From a virus, in the IMG/VR virus record IMGVR_UViG_3300025933_000001, positions 1 through 64,000 of that record: 64,000 bases of DNA. One strand, 5' to 3'. Below the pieces are notes generated by a model. That model searched no databases. It worked only from the letters and a program-made list of their open reading frames with translations, and was not told the DNA's origin. Below, piece by piece: positions 26,855 through 35,799 of this stretch (position 1 is its first letter; each line of letters starts with the position of its first letter). The position numbers and the translations under genes are program-made.

Positions 26855-27559
26855 ATGAAACAAGCTATAGGGTATGTCCGTGTGAGTACTAAGGAACAAG
26901 GCGATAGTAAGCTTGGGCTAGAGGCACAGAGGAAAGCAATAGAGGAGTTTGCGACAACACATGGTTATGAACTACTCACCACACATGAGGAAGTTGCCAG
27001 CGGAGGAAGTGGACTAGATGAACGTAAGGTTTTGCGTCAGGCACTATCACAAGCAAAGAAACTGAAGTGTTTTATTCTCATCTCTAAGTTGGATCGGTTA
27101 TCTCGCGAGGTTAGCCTAGTCAGTAGTCTGATGACTCAGCGAGTGCCCTTTGTATGCTGTGACCTAGGTGACAGTGTTGATCCATTTGTGTTGCACATCT
27201 ATGCCGCATTTGCTGAGTCAGAGCGAAAGCGTAACAGTGACCGTACTAAGGCAGCATTAAAGGCCATTAGGCACAACATAGAGGCCAATGGATACCACAT
27301 CAGCAAAGCAGGCAATAAGATCGATAAGCTAGGCAACCACAACAATTTGCACTTAGGTAGTGCTAAGGGTAGAGCTGCTGTAAAGGCTTACGCTGATGAG
27401 TTTGCACACAAACATAAGCCCTCTATAGAGCGTATGCGTAGTCAAGGAATGACATTACAGGCTATTGCTAGAGAGCTTAATGATCAAGGTGTACCAACAC
27501 AACGTAACGGTACATGGACTGCTACGAGTGTTAGTAACCTCATTAAGAGGTGGAAGTAA
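26855..27559 (+). CDS. serine recombinase (resolvase catalytic domain plus short recombinase DNA-binding domain)
   Basis: GYVRVST catalytic Ser, EVASG, KLDRLSR, IARELN..GVPT.RNGTW; start at the ATG after GAGG. Confidence 0.92.
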   Translation: MKQAIGYVRVSTKEQGDSKLGLEAQRKAIEEFATTHGYELLTTHEEVASGGSGLDERKVLRQALSQAKKLKCFILISKLDRLSREVSLVSSLMTQRVPFVCCDLGDSVDPFVLHIYAAFAESERKRNSDRTKAALKAIRHNIEANGYHISKAGNKIDKLGNHNNLHLGSAKGRAAVKAYADEFAHKHKPSIERMRSQGMTLQAIARELNDQGVPTQRNGTWTATSVSNLIKRWK

Positions 27560-27636
27560 TAACACTACTAATAGTAAGTAACTATTGTACCTACCGTAGT
27601 TAATAGTCTTTAGCTACACAACTAAGCCCACACACT

Positions 27637-27673
27637 AAGCTAAGTACTCTAGTTTGTTACTTAGCTTTCTTTC
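27637..27673 (+). terminator. terminator after the recombinase
   Basis: aagctaagta...tacttagctt with T-rich tail. Confidence 0.55.
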
Positions 27674-27839
27674 AGCTTGTAAGTAAAAGTCTTTCCATTC
27701 TGTTAAGTAATTATTATTTTGTCATTGTTTGTAGGAAACTAAGGTTTCGTACTCAAATAATAGAACAGTCGTACTATTTTTAAGAAGACTATAGCAGGTT
27801 CGCCAAAGTAGCGAAACAAACACACAGCATTACAAATAA

Positions 27840-27889
27840 TGTTAATAACCCTGTGGATAACTTTTAAGTTATTAACAATGTTATCCACA
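27840..27889. promoter_or_regulatory. cluster of DnaA boxes (2 perfect, 2 degenerate)
   Basis: TGTTAATAA-ccc-TGTGGATAA-8 bp-TTATTAACA-atg-TTATCCACA. Confidence 0.7.
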
Positions 27890-27960
27890 AGCCATAATTG
27901 TACTAATAATGGTAATTATGATACTACTTAGTAATTATAATCCTCTGTAATTCCCTATAA

Positions 27961-28155
27961 TTCGTACACAAACACATATTCTGTAAAGAAAGATTCTATA
28001 GCTTTGCACACACAACAAGGATGCTTCTGTAAGTGGGGTATTTTGTACACAACACAAGATATTATTGCGATAGCGTAATAATACATTTACCCCACAACAT
28101 AGAGATTATGCCGTGAAAACGGCCATATGCTAGTGCGTCAGCACACAACAACCCT
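27961..28155 (+). repeat. degenerate iteron-like direct repeats (CACAAC/CACAAAC core, roughly 40-50 bp period)
   Basis: gtacacaaacac, gcacacacaacaag, gtacacaacacaag, cccacaacatag, gcacacaacaac. Confidence 0.5.
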
Positions 28156-28156
28156 C

Positions 28157-28291
28157 TATGCGCTGGAAAGCGCCCTATAGCCTGTATTATTTGGTAGGAG
28201 GGGGAGATTACGTAAGTAATCCATTCTCCCCCTATAACATAGCTCTATGGTCGTTATCACGACATGTTCATAAGGCGCTTGCCAGCGCATA
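28157..28291. repeat. 22-bp inverted repeat pair enclosing a nested hairpin
   Basis: tatgcgctggaaagcgccctat versus ataaggcgcttgccagcgcata (20/22); inner GGGGGA-GATTAC-gtaa-GTAATC...TCCCCC. Confidence 0.8.
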
Positions 28292-28307
28292 ATATAGCTA
28301 CGTAAGA

Positions 28308-28336
28308 TTGCTTTCTACCTACGTAAGTAGTATAAT
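28308..28336 (+). promoter_or_regulatory. promoter TTGCTT-17-TATAAT with TACGTAAGTAG in the spacer
   Basis: hexamers and spacing. Confidence 0.65.
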
Positions 28337-28365
28337 AACACTGTTAGGGCTTAGAAGCCCTTTTT

Positions 28366-28938
28366 GTGTTTCTCTTACAATTTATTAACATTATGTCTAA
28401 ATTCGTACGCACTACTATAACCAACCCTGATGGTAGTATTTCTCCAGCTAGAATTAACACAGAAACTGGGGAGATAAAACCCTATAAACACTGGAAACAG
28501 AAAGAGAATGAAGAATTCAGAAAACAGCTAAAACTTAAGCGAAAAGACGGAATAAATGATGCTACAAAACCTTTATTCTGGGAAATTATTCCTCCTCCGG
28601 CGATAGCTGGAGGGAATGAGAAGAAAGAGAATAAGGCTATTAGGAAGAGTAAAGAAAACGTAAATAACATCTATCTTCAAGAGTTCCTTACACTCTCTGA
28701 AGCTATCGAAGATGTACCTATTTTAGACAACTTGATTACAGGAGTAAGTAAATTGGATTCAGGAAATAAAAACCCGATCAATAAAGGTTTGTTGTTTAGT
28801 ATGCTAAGAGATTTAGACGTTATCAATGTTACTACAGTGCAACAATACACTGGTTATTCTGAGAGATATTGCCGTAAGCTTGTTCAATACTTGTTTGTGC
28901 TTTCTACGGCATTTGATAACGAGATTGAGAAGAATTGA
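28366..28938 (+). CDS. hypothetical protein with a possible C-terminal HTH
   Basis: 190 aa (ATG alternative at 28393); INTETGEI motif and VQQYTGYSERYCRKL HTH-like end. Confidence 0.6.
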   Translation: MFLLQFINIMSKFVRTTITNPDGSISPARINTETGEIKPYKHWKQKENEEFRKQLKLKRKDGINDATKPLFWEIIPPPAIAGGNEKKENKAIRKSKENVNNIYLQEFLTLSEAIEDVPILDNLITGVSKLDSGNKNPINKGLLFSMLRDLDVINVTTVQQYTGYSERYCRKLVQYLFVLSTAFDNEIEKN

Positions 28939-29029
28939 CGTATTTTATTATAATACTGTGGCCGTAGCATTTTACCCTGATTAATTATTAAGCAAATCCT
29001 TGATAGAATGCGGGTTACAGGCTATCGTC

Positions 29030-29038
29030 TGTGGATAA
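29030..29038 (-). promoter_or_regulatory. single perfect DnaA box
   Basis: TGTGGATAA in an intergenic region. Confidence 0.45.
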
Positions 29039-29080
29039 CTTACTCATTGGAAACGTAGTAAATAATTGCACAAAAGAAAT

Positions 29081-29115
29081 AAGCCTAGACAGACAGTCTG
29101 TGTCTGTCTAGGCTT
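29081..29115. terminator. bidirectional terminator between convergent units
   Basis: aagcctagacagaca-gtctg-tgtctgtctaggctt. Confidence 0.8.
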
Positions 29116-29313
29116 TAGTTCTCAATAATCTTTGAACTCACTTGTGTCAAAGATTGCAGCAGTGTAACCGTTAGACCATGCTTTGTGCTCACTTGTGCCT
29201 TCGGCGTATGGGTTATTGAGGACAGATTCCTTATTGTAGAAAGCATTGAATCCTTGTTGGTAAGCTTCAGTCATGATCTATTCCTTTCCATGAGTGGTTA
29301 GTTGATGGAATGA

Positions 29314-29342
29314 ATTATAGAGAGATTATCTTACTGTGTAAA
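29314..29342 (-). promoter_or_regulatory. repeated early promoter cassette (TTTACA-cagtaagataatctctc-TATAAT)
   Basis: same spacer as the copies at 32178, 33603 and 35800 (one base varies). Confidence 0.8.
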
Positions 29343-29345
29343 GCA

Positions 29346-29552
29346 TTATATGTAGAACGTTGATCTTTGCTTTATCATCTCATCTAGAGGCATTACTTTC
29401 ACTCCTTTGTAATCTCTGTCAGGCTTCAATACTTCAGGGCTTGCGATCTTCTTTGCTTCTTTCTCTGTGTCTGCTTCTACAATACAGGCGACAACGTGTA
29501 AAACGTTGACATATTTGGTTTGTGGCTGTCTGTACACTAAGAATAGGCTCAT
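29346..29552 (-). CDS. early hypothetical protein
   Basis: RBS, coupled ORF. Confidence 0.6.
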   Translation of the reverse strand: MSLFLVYRQPQTKYVNVLHVVACIVEADTEKEAKKIASPEVLKPDRDYKGVKVMPLDEMIKQRSTFYI

Positions 29553-29773
29553 TTTATCCCTTTCAACACTCGTTTCAAGTATAACTCCAACATCCCCAAT
29601 TCAAACTCTACTTTCTGCCTTCCATTCTTTTTAGCTTTCTGCATAGCATTCTGAATGTCTAGCATTGTCTTGTTAGCTCGATACTGAAGCTGATAATTAT
29701 TTATCAATGATTGTTCGTTGACGTTTACACTGCCAAACATTAAATCTCTGGACAGTTTTTCATAATTACTCAT
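29549..29773 (-). CDS. early hypothetical protein
   Basis: GGAGG RBS before MSNYEK. Confidence 0.55.
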   Translation of the reverse strand: MSNYEKLSRDLMFGSVNVNEQSLINNYQLQYRANKTMLDIQNAMQKAKKNGRQKVEFELGMLELYLKRVLKGIK

Positions 29774-29774
29774 T

Positions 29775-29972
29775 CTATCCCTCCACAACTCTAAACTGTG
29801 TTTGTTCTTCGCCTTCCATCATCTCCCATCTGTTTTGAGACTCTATCCACTTAGTAGCATCCTCCTCAGATGAATACTCAGCTAGACAATCAAAATCATG
29901 ATGTGCTGCAAACCAATTCCCTGTTTGTGTATTGTAAAACTGTACACTGTACCACTTAGCGTTATCTCTCAT
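29775..29972 (-). CDS. early hypothetical protein
   Basis: RBS, coupled ORF. Confidence 0.55.
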   Translation of the reverse strand: MRDNAKWYSVQFYNTQTGNWFAAHHDFDCLAEYSSEEDATKWIESQNRWEMMEGEEQTQFRVVEG

Positions 29973-30317
29973 TTATAGCCCCTACAATCGATTATTCTGT
30001 GTTGGACATAGGCAGATATGCCATTGCGTGTTTTGACAGCTTCTAGCCTTGTTTTAACGAAGATAAAACCACTTCTACTAATGCTCCTACTGCTAAAGAT
30101 AAGCTACTGACTGCCATTACTGTGAGAAGAATTTCATGGATTGACATTTCATTACTCCTTTGCGTTGTTGATGTATTGAATGATAGTAGGTAATCTTACT
30201 CTGTCAATAGAGTTTGTGACTACAAATACCTGTTTTAACGAAGATAGACAACTATTCCAGCTACAGAAAGAGAAACATTAAACACTACAATAAGCACGGA
30301 CAGAATAATTTGTGTTG

Positions 30318-30518
30318 TCATTTGTTCTCTTTCTTGTGTTTGTGGAGTGCTCTAGCAACTTCCTTAAGCTTGTTAATTCCATCATCCATGATATAGAGCC
30401 AGTTTATACAAGCATCCACGTTGTCAAATTCCCTTAGTGTTTTATTCAACTCATCCGACAGCATGAATTTCTTAGTTCCTTGCCAAGCATGCCAATTGTT
30501 GAAAATAAATGGTTTCAT
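30318..30518 (-). CDS. early hypothetical protein
   Basis: coupled ORF. Confidence 0.55.
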   Translation of the reverse strand: MKPFIFNNWHAWQGTKKFMLSDELNKTLREFDNVDACINWLYIMDDGINKLKEVARALHKHKKENK

Positions 30519-30657
30519 CTCTTACCCCACTTCTTTGTTTTGCCTGTTTGCGTATCTGTAATCTCTGCACTTGCCATGCCTGACGATATCAGCCCCACCA
30601 CAATCAAAACTACAGCAATGGCGAGAGCACCAATGAATTTTAAAATTAAGTCACCCA

Positions 30658-31128
30658 TCATTCACCAAAATAGAATTGTTGACAAAATGTAATGATAGCC
30701 TCTTGTTCTTCCCTGCTAATACGTAACTCTTGCCAAGGGGTGCCCCATGACCTGTATTCCAGCCATGTGACAGACGGCTCCTTAAACACATCTAATTCGC
30801 CTCTGATCCGTACTTCTGGGCCTCCTCCGGCAAGCAAGATCATAAACTCCAAGGCTGTTAGTTCTTTGCCAATGTCTTGCCAAGCTGATCTCACTTGTAC
30901 ATCATATGCACTCTCTCTGATCTTTTCTTGTACATCATCACGAGATAGGAAATAGTTGTCTGTAATCTTTTGTAATTCTTCCAACTCTTCTTGTTCATCT
31001 TCGTCCAATTCCTCCTCATTCTCTTGCAATTCCTTCAATCTGTCATAATCCACATTCAAAGCTTTAACAAGAGATAGGATTGATTCTAGTTCTGTTTTAG
31101 CTACTTCTAGTCCGTCATTTTGTCCCAT
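30658..31128 (-). CDS. acidic early phage protein
   Basis: EFMILLAGGGPEVRIRGEL...LEYRSWGTPW motif; GGGGG RBS before MGQND. Confidence 0.7.
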   Translation of the reverse strand: MGQNDGLEVAKTELESILSLVKALNVDYDRLKELQENEEELDEDEQEELEELQKITDNYFLSRDDVQEKIRESAYDVQVRSAWQDIGKELTALEFMILLAGGGPEVRIRGELDVFKEPSVTWLEYRSWGTPWQELRISREEQEAIITFCQQFYFGE

Positions 31129-31153
31129 GATTGCCCCCCTATTGTTTAGATAA

Positions 31154-31342
31154 TTAAAGCTTATGACGAATTCTCTGTGACTCACTTACCAAATCAAGCC
31201 ATTGATCCTCATCTAGATCGTTTGTGTCTGTTACACACTCAAGCCTAAGCAACTCAAGCATAATTGCTCCGTCTGTATCATCTGCTGAATTTCCCATTAA
31301 TTCTGCAATCTGACTTGATTTGGTTTCATCTGTAATTTTCAT
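31154..31342 (-). CDS. early hypothetical protein
   Basis: GAGG RBS. Confidence 0.55.
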   Translation of the reverse strand: MKITDETKSSQIAELMGNSADDTDGAIMLELLRLECVTDTNDLDEDQWLDLVSESQRIRHKL

Positions 31343-31344
31343 TG

Positions 31345-31490
31345 TTATACCTCTTGATACGCAACACGCTCTATCATTTCGTTTGTGTGGTCACAGTACA
31401 GTTCTTCATTATCCCAATTAACAGCGGCACCACAGACACACCATCCTTCAGTGCTTTTTCAAAATCTTCAACGGTTTTGATGAAATCCAT
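31345..31490 (-). pseudogene. frameshifted/internally deleted early gene
   Basis: MDFIKTVEDFEKALKDG joined out of frame to GWCVCGAAVNWDNEELYCDHTNEMIERVAYQEV*; 146 bp. Confidence 0.5.
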
Positions 31491-31975
31491 TTTGTTTCCC
31501 TCTGCTGTTTGCTGATTCGATGAGTTCATTATATCACTGTGACATAATCTTACAAGCTATTTCGTAATTATTTCTTTCATCTTCCCTATGTCAATTTCAT
31601 TTTGAATACCTTTCAACTCAGAAACAATCCTGTTTGCATATCTTTCGGCTTTTTCAGTAATCATTTCTATTTCCTTTCAGCAATAATAGTTGTCAACATC
31701 TGAGGCCATGAAATAAGCTTGTGCGATAATATTACTCCATGTTGGGAAGAAAAGGCAACCAAAATCATCGGTATATGTGTAGCGTGAGCGCATCATTCTA
31801 TTTCCTCAATAATTTAAATACTCTCTAACCGCTTGTAACTCTGCTTTCACATCCTCCATTTGCTCGAATGCTTTACCATCCTTGCAATATACAGATGCCA
31901 CCGTAATAGTATCATCTGAATGTCCTACCACTTCAACATTATGCTGTTGGAGGATTTTGATTAGGGTTTGGATAG

Positions 31976-32146
31976 TCATGATTTTTGCAATTCAGATATG
32001 TACGCATCCGTTAATTCTATAGATTCTTTATTATCAAAACCTCCAGCTTTGTAATACTTGAAAATAAGTTCACGAAGGGATGGTTCTGGCCCAAACTTCT
32101 TATAATCGGGAAGTTGAGGTTTTGTGTCGAAGATATCTTTACTCAT
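31976..32146 (-). CDS. early hypothetical protein
   Basis: AAGGAAG RBS, downstream of a promoter cassette. Confidence 0.55.
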   Translation of the reverse strand: MSKDIFDTKPQLPDYKKFGPEPSLRELIFKYYKAGGFDNKESIELTDAYISELQKS

Positions 32147-32177
32147 GCTTTCTTCCTTTCGTCGATTTGTTGAATTC

Positions 32178-32206
32178 ATTTTAGAGAGATTATCTTACTG
32201 TGTCAA
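32178..32206 (-). promoter_or_regulatory. repeated early promoter cassette TTGACA-cagtaagataatctctc-TAAAAT
   Basis: direct sequence repeat. Confidence 0.85.
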
Positions 32207-32234
32207 GCGTTAAGAAACGCTGTGACAACAAACA

Positions 32235-32468
32235 CTAAGCAATGCGCAACTCTGGCTTAATCGCTTGAGGCAACATCCTAGACACAGCATAAGAATACAG
32301 GCCAAGCTCAACACGTTTTGCTTCATATGCTGCAATAGCAAACCTATCTCCGAGCACTATTAACATGCTGTGTAGCTGTCTAAAATGATTCATAGCGAAT
32401 AGCAATTCCTCATTGCTAATTCTTCCACCATCCAGAAACGAATCGTATATTTGTTGTAAGGTTCTCAT
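32235..32468 (-). CDS. early hypothetical protein
   Basis: AAGGGG RBS before MRTLQ. Confidence 0.55.
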   Translation of the reverse strand: MRTLQQIYDSFLDGGRISNEELLFAMNHFRQLHSMLIVLGDRFAIAAYEAKRVELGLYSYAVSRMLPQAIKPELRIA

Positions 32469-32478
32469 GTGTTTTCCC

Positions 32479-32706
32479 TTAAATAAGCTTTTGTTGAATA
32501 GGGCGAGCATTGATTAGTGGCTTGACTTCGATTCCACGTTTTACTAAGTATTCCTTAGCCTTAATCCACTTTTCCCGAGCATGCATTACGCTTGATTCTT
32601 CCACATATTCAGTAATTGGGAAAGCTTTCTTTGCATCAAGTTGCAAAAGTGCTTCATTATGGATATTGTCAATCATAACTTTGATTTCGTTTTGTTTGGT
32701 TTGCAT
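32479..32706 (-). CDS. early hypothetical protein
   Basis: RBS. Confidence 0.55.
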   Translation of the reverse strand: MQTKQNEIKVMIDNIHNEALLQLDAKKAFPITEYVEESSVMHAREKWIKAKEYLVKRGIEVKPLINARPIQQKLI

Positions 32707-32745
32707 TTTGTCATCCTTCCTTGAAAAGTTGTTTAAGAGTGTTAC

Positions 32746-32931
32746 TTAATCTTTATATTCACCAAGTTTTAATTCCATTGCAATTTCTTCCATGAGGCAA
32801 TGTCCATCACAATCTGCCTCATCGTAGTGCACTGTTTCACTCAACAGGTTTAGCACATAAAAAGAATTGTTTTGTTTCTGTAGCAGATCGTAAGCCGCCT
32901 TTAAGAGTACGTCTTTCCTGTTCTCATCCAT
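32746..32931 (-). CDS. early hypothetical protein
   Basis: RBS; promoter TTGACA-17-TACGAT at 32964-32992. Confidence 0.6.
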   Translation of the reverse strand: MDENRKDVLLKAAYDLLQKQNNSFYVLNLLSETVHYDEADCDGHCLMEEIAMELKLGEYKD

Positions 32932-32995
32932 CTGAGATTCCTTTCTGCGTTTCGTTAATTACTATCGTAAGCTTGTTACTTATCTGTGTCAAGAG

Positions 32996-33238
32996 TTAGT
33001 TGTTTTCGTATATGCCAATGTGCGCATAGTCTCCATTTGGCAATACGCCAGAAACAATCTCATCCCAATTCCAACCTAATACCTCTTGAAACTTTTTAGC
33101 AGCAACATAATGATTTCCAGCGCTACAAAGCGAATGATCATAAGACACAGTGATTGACTTCACGCCTTCGGCACTTGCCCTAATCTTGCTAGGCTTGGTA
33201 TCTGTTGGGCTGATGTATTTGGTTACTATTGCTTTCAT
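32996..33238 (-). CDS. early phage protein
   Basis: MKAIVTKYISPTDTKPSKIRA motif; RBS. Confidence 0.65.
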   Translation of the reverse strand: MKAIVTKYISPTDTKPSKIRASAEGVKSITVSYDHSLCSAGNHYVAAKKFQEVLGWNWDEIVSGVLPNGDYAHIGIYENN

Positions 33239-33248
33239 GGTTATCCTT

Positions 33249-33434
33249 TCAAAGTTGTTCGTTCAAAGCTTTATAAGCTTCAATGGCTTCCTTCACATTT
33301 CCTGCAGCATCGCGCAAAGCTTTGTATTTAGGCTCTAAACTAGGTACACATCTTTGCAATTGCATTTGATGCATTTCGATAGTAGCTTGCCAAAGGTTTA
33401 TATGATTTTCGTATATAGGTTTTTCTTTACTCAT
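33249..33434 (-). CDS. early hypothetical protein
   Basis: AAGGA RBS. Confidence 0.55.
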   Translation of the reverse strand: MSKEKPIYENHINLWQATIEMHQMQLQRCVPSLEPKYKALRDAAGNVKEAIEAYKALNEQL

Positions 33435-33602
33435 GGTTGTTTATCCTTTGTTTAGTTCGTTAGCTTTCTGTTGGCAAAACTTTTTACCACATCCAATGAA
33501 GTAATAAACTCTTACCTTTGAATCTAAAACAGACCATTTGCCTTGATACTTGGTTACTAGGTAATTCATGATAAGTCCGTTTCTTTGTTCACCGTAAGAA
33601 TC

Positions 33603-33631
33603 ATTTTAGAGAGATAATCTTACTGTGTCAA
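33603..33631 (-). promoter_or_regulatory. repeated early promoter cassette TTGACA-cagtaagattatctctc-TAAAAT
   Basis: direct sequence repeat. Confidence 0.85.
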
Positions 33632-33813
33632 GATTGTTTTGTTGCTTTGATGTGTTTTGTGACAGCAATTTTTGCAGCATGTACACTCTTACATTCTCTC
33701 TTCCAGTCGTATCCATAACCAGACGGAGAATGTAACACTATGATGGTTTCCTTTCTGTCAAGGATAGAACCTTGAATGCTGTAATCTTGTTTGTAGTTTA
33801 TTGACCAAAACAT
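33628..33813 (-). CDS. early hypothetical protein
   Basis: GGAGG RBS before MFWSIN. Confidence 0.55.
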   Translation of the reverse strand: MFWSINYKQDYSIQGSILDRKETIIVLHSPSGYGYDWKRECKSVHAAKIAVTKHIKATKQS

Positions 33814-33990
33814 TCTACCCTCCATTCCTAATAGCAATCATTGCCTTAAGTGTACCTTTGATTTCTGCAATATCTTTCTGCTGCTCAAGAATAATCTTCT
33901 GCATGCCTTCTAGAACTTTATCTTGTTGGATAATCTTTTCTTTCAGAATAGCCACACCGGACATTCTATCGAGCACGTCTGTTAACAAGT

Positions 33991-34194
33991 TCATCGTGCA
34001 TCCCTCAATCTCTTAATCGCTGCAAAGAATTCTTCTGCTCTCTTTTGGCTCTGATCAAGAGTTTCATTGATTTCAGCAATATCTTTTTCGGCTTTGTTGA
34101 TTGCTGCGAATATTAGTTGTGCCTCGTCCTCTGTTATCACCTCTTGAGAAACATCCTCAAACCTGTTTTGTGGGATATGTGTCAAGATAAACAT
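33991..34194 (-). CDS. early hypothetical protein
   Basis: AAGGAG RBS. Confidence 0.55.
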   Translation of the reverse strand: MFILTHIPQNRFEDVSQEVITEDEAQLIFAAINKAEKDIAEINETLDQSQKRAEEFFAAIKRLRDAR

Positions 34195-34251
34195 GGCAAT
34201 GCTCCTTTCAGGAATATAATATCACTACATTAAGGGAAAACTGCGGATGTG

Positions 34252-34494
34252 TCAACTTACTTGTTTGATATAGATAATGCAACCATCCTCACCCTTGAAT
34301 GCCTCAGTTCTCATAGTGCCAAAGCTGATTTCGTACAAAATACCGATCCATGTAAAACCGACACGATGCTTTTTGAGATGTTGCTTTAATGCACGTTTGG
34401 CATGCCACATCCAACCGTTGACAGTAATTGTTTCGTCTATGTGGCATTCTGTCGTATGGCTCACTACTCGAAATGTCTTAGTACACATTACCAA
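34252..34494 (-). CDS. early hypothetical protein
   Basis: GGGAG RBS, TTG start. Confidence 0.45.
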   Translation of the reverse strand: MVMCTKTFRVVSHTTECHIDETITVNGWMWHAKRALKQHLKKHRVGFTWIGILYEISFGTMRTEAFKGEDGCIIYIKQVS

Positions 34495-34555
34495 TTCTCC
34501 CTATAGATAGTTACCAGTAAGTTTTTCTGTTTTTGTTATTATTGGTAACAGATTA

Positions 34556-34747
34556 TTACAATTCTTCGAGCAACACAAGTTCTATTTTTCTAAATTGCTC
34601 CGGCGTGATTCCGATATATTTTGTCTTACCTTGTTCAGAACCGATCTGTATCCATAAGCTGCCATTTTTGTTAGCAGGAATCAATGGAAGAGGGCAAGCA
34701 AATTCTAATTCCGCTTCTATATAGCGTTTCCTTGCATCATTAATCAT
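34556..34747 (-). CDS. early hypothetical protein
   Basis: AAGGA RBS. Confidence 0.55.
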   Translation of the reverse strand: MINDARKRYIEAELEFACPLPLIPANKNGSLWIQIGSEQGKTKYIGITPEQFRKIELVLLEEL

Positions 34748-34923
34748 TTTGTTCCTTCCTTATCCTGTGTTTGTTGATTTCTGAGATTCCTCTGTTGACG
34801 TAATACATGGTAAACACTTTCCCTGCATACGCCAGCTTGTTTAGCGGCTTCTCTAACAGAGATTCCGATTGCCACAAGTTCAAGCGCATGTTTCATTTCT
34901 GCCGATTGTTTAGCTGCCATTTC

Positions 34924-35157
34924 TTATTCCTTCACTTCAAAAATATATTCTTGACAATCGCAAGCCAACACGCCTAGATAGCTAGCATCATGTTGATGTT
35001 TAAATCCGTAGTCTTCACAAGATAAGGGAAACGACAATCCCTCATTCTTAAGCCAATTATCAATTTCCTCTTCTTCTTCGTCTGTTAAATTTGAAGAATC
35101 CCCATTTATCAGGTATGGTGCCCAATGTGATGGAAGAATATAAGTTTCTGTTTTCAT
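34924..35157 (-). CDS. acidic early phage protein
   Basis: LPSHWAPYLINGDSSNLTDEE motif; start moved to MKTET. Confidence 0.65.
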   Translation of the reverse strand: MKTETYILPSHWAPYLINGDSSNLTDEEEEEIDNWLKNEGLSFPLSCEDYGFKHQHDASYLGVLACDCQEYIFEVKE

Positions 35158-35159
35158 GA

Positions 35160-35453
35160 TTATTCCCTCACATAAATCAAATAAATCACACCGTTGCTTC
35201 TGTCGCCTTCGCGCCTGACGAACTTTGCGCCAAACACGCCAGCTTTTTGCAAAGCAGTTCCTGCATAACAATCTCGTTTGTCGTTATATCCTATCTGCTT
35301 TCTCTGTCTTGTTACATATAGTTCTGCAGATGGATTAGTAATGGCTGTGTCTTTTTCCTTGTATGCAAAAACTGTGTGTCTTGCTATCGGGTTTCCGTTA
35401 ACATCATGTCCGAAATTATCAAGCATGACTGCAAAACGTTGGTATTGTTCCAT
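35160..35453 (-). CDS. early hypothetical protein
   Basis: GAGGAGG RBS; DVNGNP motif. Confidence 0.6.
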   Translation of the reverse strand: MEQYQRFAVMLDNFGHDVNGNPIARHTVFAYKEKDTAITNPSAELYVTRQRKQIGYNDKRDCYAGTALQKAGVFGAKFVRREGDRSNGVIYLIYVRE

Positions 35454-35508
35454 GGTTACGCCTCCTCTTAAGTAGTGTGATTATATTACAGCAAATCGCT
35501 TTACCTTG

Positions 35509-35766
35509 TCAATACTTATTCAAAGCTAAGATTCGATAGGCATCTACGCCAAACTTATAAGGCTTGTTGTCTATCATACAAGCTTTAATCACTGCGCAGC
35601 GTGCAATGTCAATGATAGTGGTGATTTCACCCATAACATTTAGCCTTCCACGTAATGCTTTGTCACTGTCAGGCAACATGCTAAAGACAGTTTGTGCCGT
35701 TTTATACATCATCATGTAGCGAGTTGCTTTTGTTCTTGCGGTTAACTTTTTCTCTATCGAATTCAT
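35509..35766 (-). CDS. early hypothetical protein
   Basis: GAGGAGG RBS, downstream of a promoter cassette. Confidence 0.6.
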   Translation of the reverse strand: MNSIEKKLTARTKATRYMMMYKTAQTVFSMLPDSDKALRGRLNVMGEITTIIDIARCAVIKACMIDNKPYKFGVDAYRILALNKY

Positions 35767-35799
35767 TTTTGTTCCCTCCTCTGTTAGTTGATAAGTAGT

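Noticed and set aside
26855-27559. Integrase indicating a temperate prophage
   Set aside because: It is too short for a large serine integrase (no zinc-ribbon/coiled-coil part), and there is no repressor switch, att site or flanking host DNA
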